Source: an uncultured Acidobacteriota bacterium | GTDB lineage: Bacteria > Acidobacteriota > Blastocatellia > RBC074 | NCBI GenBank assembly: GCA_963796275.1 | Contig: CAWCKY010000006.1 | Coordinates: forward strand, 2,368,001 to 2,432,000 | Reading direction: 5' to 3' | Length of the DNA: 64,000 bases | In this document: positions 1-10,920 of the stretch, in pieces | Layout: each line of letters opens with the position of its first letter | How positions within the stretch are numbered: position 1 is the first letter of the stretch | Made by a program: the position numbers and the translations under genes | Notes under the pieces: model-generated | Told to the model about the DNA's origin: nothing | Seen by the model: the letters and a program-made list of their open reading frames with translations, nothing else | The model's database searches: none

Positions 1-377
1 CAGTCGCCGCGCTGCCCGAGGTGGGTGATCAGCGCGCTCGCGGCGGCGGCGCCGGCGGGGCCGGGATCGAGCCACAGGTCGAAGCGCTGCGAGTGATCGT
101 CGCTGAGCGAGCGCAAGAGGCGCGCGGGTACGCCCGCGAGGCGGCGGCGCTCGGCTACCAGCGGCAATGCGGCTACGATGGTGTCGCCTTGGTAAGCGAC
201 CAGCAGGCGAAAGTCGCCGAGGCGGTCGCGGTCGCGCGGATCGGCGAGCGCGGTGGCGGTGAGCGCTGCCCAGTCAGGCGTGAGGAATGGACCCTTGGTC
301 TGGCCGGCGGCGGCCATACCGGCGGCGAGAGCCTCCAGCGATGGGCGCATTGCCGACAGCGCGCCGCGCTCGCGCAT
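1..377 (-). CDS. GNAT-family (CelD/BcsL-like) acetyltransferase, runs off window start
   Basis: Not in the ORF track because it has no stop in the window. My translation from ATG 377 includes PFLTPDW...RLLVAYQGDTIVAALPLVAERRRLAGVPARLLRSLSDDHSQRFDL, typical of CelD/BcsL-like N-termini. Start uncertain. Confidence 0.6.
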   Translation of the reverse strand, partial: MRERGALSAMRPSLEALAAGMAAAGQTKGPFLTPDWAALTATALADPRDRDRLGDFRLLVAYQGDTIVAALPLVAERRRLAGVPARLLRSLSDDHSQRFDLWLDPGPAGAAAASALITHLGQRGD

Positions 378-1128
378 CTCCACGACAGTGATGGGCAGGG
401 GGCGGTTCTTTTTCTCCCATTGTTGATTGATTTGAATCATAGGTTCTTATTTGTCTATTTTTGCTAGTGAAACGCACAGTTCTGAGCACAGTGATCTTTG
501 ATAGCATGTTCCAGAAATTAGGTTGTATACCTTTAACAAAATATTTCTTCTACTTGCCTGCAATCGACAGTTACCCAAGAGAGCAGATTCGAGAAGCGTA
601 ACTCGAGCCGCTACTCTTCCCGGAGGTACCCCATTTTTATAAGGTGTTCGAAGCCAGACAATAGTTACCGCTTTTCTGGTCCATGAACTTCACGTCATCG
701 AGGTGCCCGCCCGGGATGGACGATCGGCCTCTACAAATCGCCGAATTCTTCGGCGTCTCTCTGGCGGCCGGTATCTTTATCGTGAGCTGACGGCGACTGG
801 ATACTGCGGGCAAACTCCAAAATCTACCCTATCAACGATTAGCGGTTAACGGTTGCATCACTTGAGCAAATGCCGAGCGCCTCGAAGGAAACTGCTTTGA
901 GAACGAACAAGTTGAATGGTCGGCTGGCAGATGCAAGCAAAACCGCAACCTGTTGCGGTCGTGCGCTCATTTGAAATTGAAATTAGTCGCCGCTGTCCAC
1001 CATGTCCTTAGCGGACGCAGTACAGGGGCTTTTATTCTCGCGCGAAATTCCCCGCCTCCTATCCATCACGTTCGTAGTCGGTGCACGACCTGGACCCGCG
1101 GAATAACCAATCAAAAATAAAAAAACTC

Positions 1129-1167
1129 TTGACGTAATCATTTAGTCACGTTACTATTTGGTCACGT
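1129..1167 (+). promoter_or_regulatory. sigma70 promoter overlapped by tandem ArsR-type operators
   Basis: TTGACG (1129-1134), 17 bp spacer, TACTAT (1152-1157). Two imperfect palindromes, ACGTAATCATTTAGTCACGT and ACGTTACTATTTGGTCACGT, lie upstream of an ArsR-containing operon. Confidence 0.7.
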
Positions 1168-1186
1168 AAGAAAGGAGAACGAACAT

Positions 1187-1615
1187 ATGAAATTCGAAGA
1201 TCTAACGCTTGATATTGAGCAGCGGGTCGAAGTGAAGGCCGCGATCGGCGACGTCTTCAGGGGAGTACTGCATCGGTTTGGCGAAGGTTTTGCCAATCCG
1301 AATGGGGAGTCGATGCAGCTGATCCTGGAGCCGTGGCCAGGCGGCCGGTGGTTTCGCGACCGCGGTAACCAGATTGGCCACCTTTGGGGGCACGTGCAGG
1401 TGATGAAACCCCCGGTGTTGCTCGAACTGAGCGGGCCGATGTTTATGTCCTACCCGGCCCTAAACCATCTTGAGTTGCGGTTGGAAGAGATGGCGGGGGG
1501 AACCAGAGTGATTCTTCGGCACCGCGCGATTGGAATGCTGGACCCCGAGCATAGGAAAGGTGTCGCTACTGGTTGGAAGTACAATCTCGAAAGTTTGAAG
1601 AAAGATCTATCATAG
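1187..1615 (+). CDS. SRPBCC/AHSA1-like (START-fold) protein
   Basis: LEPWPGGRWF, GTRVILRH and GW motifs; AGGAG RBS; adjacent to ArsR. Confidence 0.85.
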   Translation: MKFEDLTLDIEQRVEVKAAIGDVFRGVLHRFGEGFANPNGESMQLILEPWPGGRWFRDRGNQIGHLWGHVQVMKPPVLLELSGPMFMSYPALNHLELRLEEMAGGTRVILRHRAIGMLDPEHRKGVATGWKYNLESLKKDLS

Positions 1616-1637
1616 ATCGTCTTGAGCAAGAACCTGT

Positions 1638-1985
1638 ATGTCTGATGAGCTGGACGCCGTCTGGAAAGCATTGTCGGATCCGACTCGGCGATCGATTTTG
1701 GATTTGCTGCGTAAAGGTCCGCACACCACAACCGAGATTGTCGCGGCATTTCCCCATTTATCCCGCTTCGGGGTCATGAAGCACATCGACGTGCTGCGTG
1801 AGGCCAATCTGGTCCAGACCCGCGAAGAAGGAAGACGGCGGGTGAACACTTTGAACGTTGCGCCGATCCGGCAGATCTACGAACGATGGGTGAGCCCGTA
1901 CGAAGAACTCTGGGCGGACAATTTGCTTCGCCTCAAGGAAGATGTTGAGAAGGGGCGTGTCCCGAAGCGTGGGCCGAAGACATGA
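1638..1985 (+). CDS. ArsR/SmtB family transcriptional regulator
   Basis: WKALSDPTRRSILDLL...SRFGVMKHIDVLREANLV winged HTH. Confidence 0.92.
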   Translation: MSDELDAVWKALSDPTRRSILDLLRKGPHTTTEIVAAFPHLSRFGVMKHIDVLREANLVQTREEGRRRVNTLNVAPIRQIYERWVSPYEELWADNLLRLKEDVEKGRVPKRGPKT

Positions 1986-2809
1986 CTCAACCAACAAATA
2001 TGCCCGCGGATTGGTCCGCGGCGCAACCTGAAAGGAGAAGATGGATGGCACATCAAATTGTATCACGTGAAAAATGGATCGCAGCCCGGTTCGAGCTGCT
2101 CAAGGCGGAGAAGGAGTTGACGAGTCGCAGCGACGAGCTGGCGCGACGCCGGCAGGAGCTGCCGTGGGTTCGGATCGACAAGGAGTATCGATTCGATACC
2201 GATGAGGGGAGCGCCTCGCTGGCAGACCTCTTCCGAGGGCGGACGCAGCTTATCATCTACCATTTCATGTTCGGGCCCGACTACACGGGCGGCTGTCCGT
2301 CGTGTTCCGCGATTGCCGACGGCTACGACGGGTTCGTCATTCACCTGGAGAACCACGACGTCACGCTTATGACAGTATCGCGGGCGCCTCTTGCGAAACT
2401 CCAGGCGTACAAGCGGCGGATGGGGTGGACGTTCCCCTGGGCATCCTCGTTCGGCAGCGATTTCAACTTCGACTTCAGCGTCGGGTTCACCCAGGAGCAA
2501 CAGCGCGAGGGTATCGAATACAACTACCGGCGTGAGGCAGCGTTGCGGCGCGAGGGTTCGCAGAGCGGCGCTGATGATGAAGACGTCTTAGCTGCCATGT
2601 CGGGAACGGACACCGCCAGATACACGCGGGAGAGGCCTGGAATGAGCACGTTCGTGCTCGAGGGCGGCAAGGTCTATCACACCTATTCCACCTATGCGCG
2701 CGGAGTGGACAGCCTTTGGGGCATGTACCAGTGGCTCGACCGCGCACCCAAAGGGCGCAACGAAACAGGGGTCTGGTGGCGGCGCCACGACGAATATGAC
2801 GAACGGTGA
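1982..2809 (+). CDS. DUF899 family thioredoxin-like protein (true start possibly 2041/2044)
   Basis: ARRRQELPWV, YHFMFGP, GCPSCS, LDRAPKGRNE and WWRRHDEY motifs. Confidence 0.9.
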   Translation: MTQPTNMPADWSAAQPERRRWMAHQIVSREKWIAARFELLKAEKELTSRSDELARRRQELPWVRIDKEYRFDTDEGSASLADLFRGRTQLIIYHFMFGPDYTGGCPSCSAIADGYDGFVIHLENHDVTLMTVSRAPLAKLQAYKRRMGWTFPWASSFGSDFNFDFSVGFTQEQQREGIEYNYRREAALRREGSQSGADDEDVLAAMSGTDTARYTRERPGMSTFVLEGGKVYHTYSTYARGVDSLWGMYQWLDRAPKGRNETGVWWRRHDEYDER

Positions 2810-3162
2810 GCGAGGCTCGTATCTGCGATCCGAATGGTGGAAGCCAACAGTGCGCAACCACCATTCGGGCTGCGATTGCTTGGTGACAGCTAAATATGGA
2901 GACAGCGTGATGAAAGATCATGGTTGTTGTGCATTGGCTGTGAGCGGATCAGGTCGCCAGACGATAGTCTCCTGAAATTTCTGCCGTTGCTCTTCAAAAC
3001 CGACAGAAGAAAAAAGGGTTTGTCACTGTTTTAATTGAATCCGCCGAGCAGCCCGAAGACTTCCTTGGCAAGTAAATCGGTCCACTGAGGTAGAAGCCAT
3101 GTCGTTGAAGCCTTGAGAATGAAACCTTCCGAGGAGATTTTCGATGTCGCCATCTAAAACTG

Positions 3163-3181
3163 TGCTATCATAATGATATCG
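3163..3181. promoter_or_regulatory. putative TA autoregulatory operator
   Basis: Imperfect palindrome TGCTATCA-TAA-TGATATCG upstream of the antitoxin; the half-site resembles the FitAB operator half-site. Confidence 0.5.
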
Positions 3182-3256
3182 GTGAGGTGTTAAATTTATC
3201 AGATATTGATAATTCGCGAACGGCAATCAAGATTCATTGGAAGGAGGAAATAGGTG

Positions 3257-3487
3257 ATGCCCGATGTGTTAGTGAGAGACCTCTCTACCGAAACGCTGGA
3301 AGCGCTCAAAGGAAGGGCCAAGCAAAACAAGAGGTCGTTGCAAGTCGAGTTGAAATTGATACTGGAGCAGGCAGCCCAAACAACGATGGTCGACGCCCGC
3401 GCGGTGGCGGCGAAGATCCGGCGCTCGCTCAGCAAGACGGCCCATTCAGACAGCGCGGTACTGTTGCGTGAGGATCGCGGGCGATGA
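3257..3487 (+). CDS. FitA-like ribbon-helix-helix antitoxin
   Basis: VLVRDL...LKGRAKQNKRSLQVELKLILE and DSAVLLREDR; ATGA overlap with the PIN gene. Confidence 0.85.
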   Translation: MPDVLVRDLSTETLEALKGRAKQNKRSLQVELKLILEQAAQTTMVDARAVAAKIRRSLSKTAHSDSAVLLREDRGR

Positions 3488-3903
3488 AGTACGTAGTGGA
3501 CGCAAGCGTTGCCGTCAAATGGTATGTTCCGGAGGATCACTCAATCGAAGCTGAATGCCTGCTCGATGCGGCGCATGAGCTACACGCGCCCGATCTGATC
3601 GTCCCGGAGTTCGGCAATATCCTCTGGAAGAAGGTCGGGCGTAGTGAGTTGACAGCGGCTCAAGCGCGCAAGGTAGTCGAAGCTTTTATCGGCGTCCCAA
3701 TGTTCAAACACCCGGCATCGCCTCTGTTGGAAGTTGCATTCGATGGGGCGGTACAATCCGCGCAGACTGTTTATGACTGGACCTATTTGACACTTGCAGT
3801 CTCACTCGACTGTCCGATGGTGACCGCCGACGAAAAGTTTTATCTAGCTTTGCGGGGCGGAGCGCTCGCCAGCTATCTTTGTTGGGTTGCCGACATTCCA
3901 TAA
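3484..3903 (+). CDS. vapC: PIN-domain toxin, VapC family
   Basis: YVVDASVAVKW, EFGNILWK, TVYDWTYL and VTAD motifs. Confidence 0.9.
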   Translation: MKYVVDASVAVKWYVPEDHSIEAECLLDAAHELHAPDLIVPEFGNILWKKVGRSELTAAQARKVVEAFIGVPMFKHPASPLLEVAFDGAVQSAQTVYDWTYLTLAVSLDCPMVTADEKFYLALRGGALASYLCWVADIP

Positions 3904-3948
3904 TTTAAAGCTACTTCACCCCACTCTTTAAAGAGATAGAAGAACCAG

Positions 3949-5361
3949 ATGAATATGATTCGTTACACGTTAACGGCACTGTCACTGCTCGCCTGCGTGT
4001 TGCTTTTGCAGCCCGTGGAGGCAGTAGCGCAAAACAAGACATCGCGGCGGCCGAATATCATTGTGGTTTTGATCGACGACGCCGGTTATGCTGATTATTC
4101 CAGCTACGGCAATCAGCGCGTCCAGACGGTAAACATTGATCGAATGGCCGCAGAGGGGCTGCGATTCGCGCAGTTCTATGTAAATTCGCCGATCTGTTCT
4201 CCTTCGCGCACGGCAATCATGACAGGACAATACCCGGCGCGCTGGCGCATCACGTCTTATATTGACAACCGTGCGCTCAATGAGAAGCGCGGGATGGCGC
4301 AGTTCCTCGATCCAGCAGCGCCGGTGCTGGCGCGGTTCCTGCAGGGTGCGGGCTATCGCACCGGCCACTTCGGTAAGTGGCACTTAGGCGGCGGGCGCGA
4401 CGTGGGCGAAGCGCCCCTCCCCGCAGAGTACGGCTTCGATGCCTCGCTCACGCAGTTTGAAGGCTTGGGGGATCGCATCCTGCCGATCTTCGACGCGCAT
4501 GATGACACGCCCGCTCGCAAAGCGCCGCTCGGTTTGGCCAGCGAGAAGCTTGGGCGCGGAAAGGTGACTTGGCTGGACCGTTGCCAGGTGACACGCGCCT
4601 TCGTCGATCGCGCGCTTGCATTCATCAAGCAGGCCGAAGACGAAGGCAAACCCTTTTATCTGAACCTCTGGCCGGACGATGTTCATTCGCCTTTCTTCCC
4701 GCCCGCCGGTACGCGCGGCGACGGCAGCAAAAGCGCGCTCTACGACGCAGTGCTCAAGAATATGGATGCGCAACTCGGGCCGCTCTTCGACTACGTACGC
4801 AGCCATCCCAAGTTGCGCAACGACACCCTCATCCTGATTACGAATGACAATGGCCCCGAACGAGGCGCAGGCTCGGCGGGCGCGTTTCGCAACGGTAAGG
4901 GCACGCTTTACGAAGGCGGCGTGCGCGAGCCGCTAATTGTGTGGGGGCCAGGTTGGCTGCCCCCAGCACAGCGCGGCGCGTGGGATAAGACGACAGTCCT
5001 ATCGTCAGTAGACCTCGTGCCTTCGCTGCTCAAACTTGCAGGTGTGGTGCCGCCGTTGGCCGTGAAGTTTGACGGCGTGGATGTGAGCGCGGCATTACTG
5101 GGCGAGGCTATCGGCCCGAGAGCCAGACCGCTCTTCTGGAAACGCCCGCCCGACCGGCCTGGCCCGCCGGAAAACCGGTGGCCCGATCTTGCCGTGCGCG
5201 ACCGTGAATGGAAATTATTGTTGAATGAAGACGGCTCCGATGTGCAGCTTTACCACATTCTGCGCGACCCGGCAGAGTCCACCAACATTGCCGCGCAACA
5301 TCAGGATGTAGTGCGGCGACTCAGCAATGCAGTGCGCGCCTGGAGCAATACGCTTCCGTGA
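3949..5361 (+). CDS. secreted sulfatase (formylglycine-dependent)
   Basis: Signal peptide; PNIIVVLIDD, CSPSR, GKWHLG. Confidence 0.93.
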   Translation: MNMIRYTLTALSLLACVLLLQPVEAVAQNKTSRRPNIIVVLIDDAGYADYSSYGNQRVQTVNIDRMAAEGLRFAQFYVNSPICSPSRTAIMTGQYPARWRITSYIDNRALNEKRGMAQFLDPAAPVLARFLQGAGYRTGHFGKWHLGGGRDVGEAPLPAEYGFDASLTQFEGLGDRILPIFDAHDDTPARKAPLGLASEKLGRGKVTWLDRCQVTRAFVDRALAFIKQAEDEGKPFYLNLWPDDVHSPFFPPAGTRGDGSKSALYDAVLKNMDAQLGPLFDYVRSHPKLRNDTLILITNDNGPERGAGSAGAFRNGKGTLYEGGVREPLIVWGPGWLPPAQRGAWDKTTVLSSVDLVPSLLKLAGVVPPLAVKFDGVDVSAALLGEAIGPRARPLFWKRPPDRPGPPENRWPDLAVRDREWKLLLNEDGSDVQLYHILRDPAESTNIAAQHQDVVRRLSNAVRAWSNTLP

Positions 5362-5424
5362 TAAGTCGCACTCGCCTGTTTCCGTTGACTATCAGGCGGG
5401 CAGATATTGTAGGAGGATGAAGCC

Positions 5425-7248
5425 TTGACTATCGGTAAAAAGACGCGCGATCGGGTCATTCGTTTGCTGTGTGCTCCCGCCGTGGCCGCAGTCAGCGCTC
5501 TGTGGCTGAGTGCGACGCCGGGAGCCGGGTTGCCGGCGCAGACAGTACCGGCGCGCCCCAACGTCTTGCTCATCATCACTGACGACCAGGGCTACGGCGA
5601 CCTGGGGGTTCACGGCAATCCTAAGATTCATACGCCAAATCTGGACCGGCTCGCGCGCGATAGCGTGCAGTTCCAATCTTTCTACGTCTCGCCCGTTTGC
5701 TCCCCGACACGTGCGAGTTTGATGACCGGGCGTTATAACTACCGCACCGGCGTGGTCGACACCTATCTGGGTCGCTCGCTGATGAACGCGGATGAAGTGA
5801 CGCTGGCCGAGATACTGGCTGCCGCCGGGTACCGCACGGGCATCTTCGGCAAATGGCACCTCGGCGACAACTACCCGCTCCGCGCGATGGATCAGGGGTT
5901 TCAGGAATCATCGGTGCTCAACGGTGGCGGCATTGGCCAGCCTTCCGATCCTGTGGGAGGTGAGAGCTACTTCGACCCGCTACTGCGTTGCAACGGCGTG
6001 TGGGTGAAGACTAAAGGTTACGTCAGCGACGTCATTACCGATGCGGCCCTGAAGTTCATCGGCGAAAATCGAGATCGGCCTTTTTTTGCTTACCTTGCCT
6101 TCAACGCGCCGCATACGCCGCTGGAAGTGCCGGAGCGGTACCATGCGAAGTACAAACAGATGGACCTCAGGCGGGAGGATTTTCCTGGCGTAAAAGAGGT
6201 CGGCGGACATCCGATTCCGCAAAACTTCGATCCGGACACGACCGCGAAGATTTATGGAATGGTGGAAAACATTGATGATAATCTGGGGCGGTTGTTGCGC
6301 GGGCTCGATCAGTTCAAGCTCAGCGACAAGACCGTCGTCATCTTCCTGACCGACAACGGACCGCAGCAGCCGCGCTATAACGCCGGTATGTTTCAGCGCA
6401 AGGGAAGCACGCACGAAGGGGGCATCCGTGTTCCGTTCTTCGTACGCTGGCCCGGGCGTTTTGATGCGGGGCGCAAAATCGATCGCATTGCGGCTCACCT
6501 GGATGTAACGCCGACGCTCCTCGATGTTTGCGGAGTCGCTAAGCCCTCGCGGGTAAAGTTCGATGGGGTGAGCCTGCTGCCATTGCTCAAGGGCGAGCGG
6601 GTTGATTGGCCGGATCGCATGCTCTTCTTCCAGTGGCATAGAGGCGACGCGCCCGAGCTTTACCGCGCCTTCGCCGCGCGCGGCGAGCTGTATAAGCTGG
6701 TGCAACCGGCGGAACGACCCGGGCAGAACGACGGCGCCTGGAATCCGGTCTTCAAACTTTACGACATGCAGCACGACCCGCTCGAAACGCGCGACCTGGC
6801 CGCTGCCCAGCCGGATGTGGTCGAAAGGATGAAACGCGCTTATGAGGCATGGTTCAAGGATGTGACGAGCGATTACGCCGATCCACAAACGGCCGTAGTG
6901 CGCATCTCCATCGGCTCGCCACAGGAGAACCCGGTGCGTCTGACACGGCAGGATTGGCGCGGCCCGCAGGCTGGCTGGACGCCGCAGAGCCTGGGGCATT
7001 GGGAGGTAAAGGTCTCGCGGGCGGGGACATATACCGTCACGGCACGCGTCAGCAAGTCGGATATGCGGGCTACGGCGCGCTTCGCGCTCGGAGGCGCGAT
7101 GCTGCAGAAGGATGTTCCAGCAGGTGCAACCGAGATCGTCTTTAGCGACGTCCGCCTGTCGCAGGGCCCTGGTCGGCTCGAATGCTATGTCGAGCAGGAG
7201 GGCAAGAGAGTAGGCGTGCTTGATGTTACGGTCAAGCGCCTCAAGTGA
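5425..7248 (+). CDS. arylsulfatase with C-terminal beta-sandwich extension
   Basis: [23 protein letters not shown]; extra ~110 aa C-terminal domain. Confidence 0.92.
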   Translation: MTIGKKTRDRVIRLLCAPAVAAVSALWLSATPGAGLPAQTVPARPNVLLIITDDQGYGDLGVHGNPKIHTPNLDRLARDSVQFQSFYVSPVCSPTRASLMTGRYNYRTGVVDTYLGRSLMNADEVTLAEILAAAGYRTGIFGKWHLGDNYPLRAMDQGFQESSVLNGGGIGQPSDPVGGESYFDPLLRCNGVWVKTKGYVSDVITDAALKFIGENRDRPFFAYLAFNAPHTPLEVPERYHAKYKQMDLRREDFPGVKEVGGHPIPQNFDPDTTAKIYGMVENIDDNLGRLLRGLDQFKLSDKTVVIFLTDNGPQQPRYNAGMFQRKGSTHEGGIRVPFFVRWPGRFDAGRKIDRIAAHLDVTPTLLDVCGVAKPSRVKFDGVSLLPLLKGERVDWPDRMLFFQWHRGDAPELYRAFAARGELYKLVQPAERPGQNDGAWNPVFKLYDMQHDPLETRDLAAAQPDVVERMKRAYEAWFKDVTSDYADPQTAVVRISIGSPQENPVRLTRQDWRGPQAGWTPQSLGHWEVKVSRAGTYTVTARVSKSDMRATARFALGGAMLQKDVPAGATEIVFSDVRLSQGPGRLECYVEQEGKRVGVLDVTVKRLK

Positions 7249-7485
7249 GCGAGTCTGACAACTACGCAAAATCTAAACGTTTTGAAAAACAAGTCGTGGA
7301 TTCTGCGGTTTCCCATGAATATGCAGTTTGAGGATTGCGGAGCACTTTTGGAGAAGTACTCGCCAAAGGCTCCGCCATGCCTGTTATTCCTTCACGCGGC
7401 ATCACACCAGAATCGCTGTTCCGCCCATATGCAGCGATCGGTTCGGCGCATACCGATCTATCCCGATCACAGTGGAGTGACCCGA

Positions 7486-8274
7486 CTAACGAGTTAGGGC
7501 TTTTTTCGTTCCGTTCCATTCCAGCACTACCAGGACTGGCCGGGAATCGGAAGCTACCCGATCATCGATAACAGTCGTCTCTATAACCTGCCACGGGTCC
7601 GATTTGCGCACGAGCACATGATCAATCGTGCTGAGGTTTGGCATGGTATTTTTCCATTGCTTACCGAATTCCATCATCGTCTCGCTGCCGGCTTGTGCGT
7701 TCAAATCACCGGCCAGCAGGCAGGTCGGGTCATCCTGGATCGGAAAAAGGCGATTGATCTCCTTCGCTTGGGCGACGCGATTGGCTTCGCGCTGGTGGCA
7801 CAAGTGGGTGTTAATGAAGAGCAGTTCCGGCAGATCATCGTACAGCCTGAGGCGCACGGCCAGCGCGGCGCGAGGCTCACCACCCTTATCGTGAGGGAGC
7901 GCATACAACTTCACCTCATTCGGTTTGACTATCGAAAGAATCGCCTCCCCGTACTCGCCTCCGGAATAATCCAGGGCCTTGCCGAATTCGGCGTGCATTC
8001 CGGTAAGTCTGCCCAGCTCCGCGGCCTGGTCCACTCCGCTGGCCCGGTTCGTATTACGGTCTACCTCCTGCAGTGCGACGATGTCAGGCTGGAGCGCGAC
8101 GATGATCTTGGCAAGTCGTTCGAGATCGAACTTGCCGTCGGCGCCCTGGCCATGATGGATGTTGTACGTCAGTACGCGCAGTTGCGACTCTTGTGCAAGC
8201 CCGGGGGTGCACAGAATGGGCACAATCAGCGCGGCAAGTCCTAGGAAAAAGCGACTGTAAATAAAACGAAACAC
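7486..8274 (-). CDS. secreted endonuclease/exonuclease/phosphatase (EEP) family protein
   Basis: LTYNIHHG, LQEVD, NTHL, GDLN, IDH; the usual C-terminal SDH motif reads SDS. Confidence 0.88.
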   Translation of the reverse strand: MFRFIYSRFFLGLAALIVPILCTPGLAQESQLRVLTYNIHHGQGADGKFDLERLAKIIVALQPDIVALQEVDRNTNRASGVDQAAELGRLTGMHAEFGKALDYSGGEYGEAILSIVKPNEVKLYALPHDKGGEPRAALAVRLRLYDDLPELLFINTHLCHQREANRVAQAKEINRLFPIQDDPTCLLAGDLNAQAGSETMMEFGKQWKNTMPNLSTIDHVLVRKSDPWQVIETTVIDDRVASDSRPVLVVLEWNGTKKALTR

Positions 8275-8339
8275 GATCTTACCTCTTAACCTTTCGAAAA
8301 AAACCGACGCCGGTCACCGGATTTTAGAAAATAAACTTC

Positions 8340-8810
8340 AAGCCAAACTGGATGATGCGAGCGGGGCAGCAGAACTGATCTGTCCGAAGGCTGCTCGTCG
8401 CTCACCTTAGTACCCGGATTTCCGAGGTTGACATGATTGAATGCGTTAAAGGCCTCGGAATTGGAGCGATTTATTCTCAGTAATCCGCGTGTTTTTAAAC
8501 AACGATATTTAAACAACGATATATTGATTGCCCCCGGGCCCACGACTACACCTTCGCCCGATGTTCCATATCGGGTATACAGCTGGTCGACGAACGCGTT
8601 GGTGTTAAACCAGCGCGTCAATGTGCGCTTATCGCGCGGGAGGTTGGCGGCTTCTCCTGTTGAATCGGCCTTATTCCCTGCGTGGCTGCCGACGCCGTTG
8701 TTCAAGCAGCTGCCTACGCTCAAATATGCCCCCGAACGAACCGTGGTGATCCCGTTCAATTGCCATCCGCCAGCCAAGCGGCTTAGAACCCCGCGCCCCC
8801 AGCCAAGCAA
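8340..8810 (-). pseudogene. C-terminal remnant of an Oar-type TonB-dependent receptor
   Basis: GGWQLNGI, RWFNTNAF and EAFNAFNHVNLGNP motifs without the ~900 aa N-terminal part; local tandem duplication of TTTAAACAACGATAT near 8494-8523. Confidence 0.8.
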
Positions 8811-9405
8811 CGGTGCTGAACCGCTCTCGTCACGAGAAGTTCCGACGATCGAGCTATACGTCGCTCGCCCATAAATCTTTTGAGGTCGGCGGGACAGACA
8901 ACCCGACTGCGAGGGTTAATAGAAGTCTAATCATATTGGGGTTCCTTTAGATAGACTGCTTACACATAAAACGTTTCAGCACTAAAAGACTCCTCTCGAA
9001 TGAGAAGTCGATACGGATGAACTACCGATAATTCCGGGGGTAATTCCCAAATCGAATGTTTGTTTTAAGAGAGGTTTACGGATGAAACGAAGATCGAATC
9101 AATTCCATCGACCATTTTATTCGCTTGACCACAGGTAAAACCTTGATCTCGTGAGTTTGTTTTAAATGGATTGGGAGATGATCGGAGTGATTATCACTTG
9201 GTAATGCATCTCAATCTGTTAAGACGGGATTTAAATCGGTTATGTTTCAACTTTATCTCCATTTTCGCTCATTTTTTAGACTCGATTATTAATAATACAA
9301 AAATAGTTCCGATGTATGTCGAGCAACTTCCCGCGATCTCTGTCCCCGAAGTGCGGCAACCCGACAGGCAGCACCGAATCGATGGCCGCGCCGCCAAAGA
9401 ACCAC

Positions 9406-9434
9406 TTGACTACCTACTACAAATGTAGTAGGGT
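9406..9434 (+). promoter_or_regulatory. promoter with BlaI/MecI/CopY-type operator
   Basis: TTGACT-17bp-TAGGGT overlapped by the perfect inverted repeat CCTACTACA-AA-TGTAGTAGG (9413-9432), which contains TACA-NN-TGTA. Confidence 0.6.
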
Positions 9435-9605
9435 TGGCCTCGGTTGTAGTTAGAGAAGCGAACCGTCAAGCTGACCGGTTCGAGAAGGAACTTATGGGGG
9501 CGCATCGGGAATCGGGCGGGGAAAGACGCTCGGTCGAAACGGTGATGATTTTAACCGGGATCCCGTGCGCTGCCGGATATTTATGAATAAAGGGGGATTG
9601 AGTCT

Positions 9606-10370
9606 ATGTTGAATGTTAAACGACATACGAAACTATCACTTTTCAGTCGAACTGTGAGCGGATCGGCAATCGCCGCGTTGCTCGCCGTCGGCTTCGCTCT
9701 GCCGATTTTTACGCATGATAACGCGGAAGCATCGAAGCTTTCTGCGGCGCAGGGTCAAACGATCGAACCGATGTCACAGAATTTGAGGCCGACGATCTTC
9801 TATAAAGAGAAAGCACAATACACCGAAGAGGCTCGCCAGAACGGGCTTGAGGGCAGAGTCACTCTACAAGCGGTATTCGCTAATGATGGAAACATCACAA
9901 ATATTGAGGTCTATAGCGGGTTGCCGGATGGATTGACTGAAAAAGCGATAGAAGCTGCGAAGAAGATACAGTTTAAACCGGCGACCAGAAATGACGTGCC
10001 GGTCAGCGTGCGCGGGAAGTTGGAGTTCGACTTCAGACTGTACAAATCAGATGACGACTTGACGGCAAAGCAGGCTGGGGTAGAAACCGTCTATCCTATG
10101 TCATCTTCACTGCGGCCGACAATAACGTATAAAGAGAAGGCCGACTATACGCAAGAAGCGCGAGACAATAACATTCAAGGGACTGTCGTGTTAAACATCA
10201 TCTTCGGCGCGGACGGCAATATCAAAGCTGTCAGGGTCGAGAGCGGATTACCATATGGATTGACGGAGGAAGCCATCAGGGCTGCGCGCAAGATTCGTTA
10301 TGAGCCAGCGATGAAGGATGGAAAGCCAGCGAGTGTGAGGGGAAACCTCGAGTTCGGCTTCAGTTTGTGA
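9606..10370 (+). CDS. energy transducer TonB-like protein with two TonB C-terminal domains
   Basis: N-terminal TM helix, then two copies of YT.EAR...I/LxG.V.L...GLP.GLTE.AI.AA.KI...PA. Confidence 0.88.
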   Translation: MLNVKRHTKLSLFSRTVSGSAIAALLAVGFALPIFTHDNAEASKLSAAQGQTIEPMSQNLRPTIFYKEKAQYTEEARQNGLEGRVTLQAVFANDGNITNIEVYSGLPDGLTEKAIEAAKKIQFKPATRNDVPVSVRGKLEFDFRLYKSDDDLTAKQAGVETVYPMSSSLRPTITYKEKADYTQEARDNNIQGTVVLNIIFGADGNIKAVRVESGLPYGLTEEAIRAARKIRYEPAMKDGKPASVRGNLEFGFSL

Positions 10371-10540
10371 GCATCTGATATAACGAATATCGTTCGTGGC
10401 GCCGGCTTGGTCCAGCTCGTCATGCGCATGACTGTTTGTAACAAGTGAGAGCAAATGACAAACGAACGTTGCACCATCGCTGCCGGAGTGGCGCTCCAGC
10501 CGCATGTCTGGCCGCCAGTCGATTGCTTTCAACGATTATG

Positions 10541-10650
10541 GGCGTCGCGTTGCTGACATTTGTTCCTGGTCGGTGTCGCCCTGATTGCGAGCTATATTAG
10601 GGCGCGGCGCGTAACAGGTTGATCTGTTGCAGCGCTGCGCCACTTATGAA
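10541..10650 (+). pseudogene. decayed 3' end of an ADOP/MacB-like ABC permease gene
   Basis: Frameshifted VALIASYI.ARR...VD..AALRH resembles the permease C-terminus VACFIPARRATKVDPLTALRSE at ~32031. Confidence 0.55.
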
Positions 10651-10677
10651 TCATTGTAAATGCTCAGCCAACGGGTT

Positions 10678-10748
10678 GCAGTAGGGGAGAGCGTGAGCGA
10701 GCTGAACCTGACAAGTGTTTTTTATCGAAGCTCGCTCCCCCGTACTGC
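10678..10748. repeat. degenerate REP-like hairpin
   Basis: GCAGTAGGGGAGAGCGTGAGCGAGCT ... AGCTCGCTCCCCCGTACTGC; loosely related to the palindrome at 54301/60600. Confidence 0.5.
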
Positions 10749-10920
10749 GCTGCTGGTTGTGCATGTACGAAGTCACTCATCGTTCTATGTTTCCGGATAG
10801 ATTGATAGTAACCGCCAGAACATTCTTGGGCGCAAACCCCGGATTTACTCTGATCAGATGAACAGGCTACTGATCAATAAGCCCCAGGCGTGATACCGGG
10901 CTTGAGGCGTTAATCGCCAC

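Noticed and set aside
21-467. 148-aa plus-strand ORF
   Set aside because: Antisense shadow of the minus-strand GNAT-like frame.
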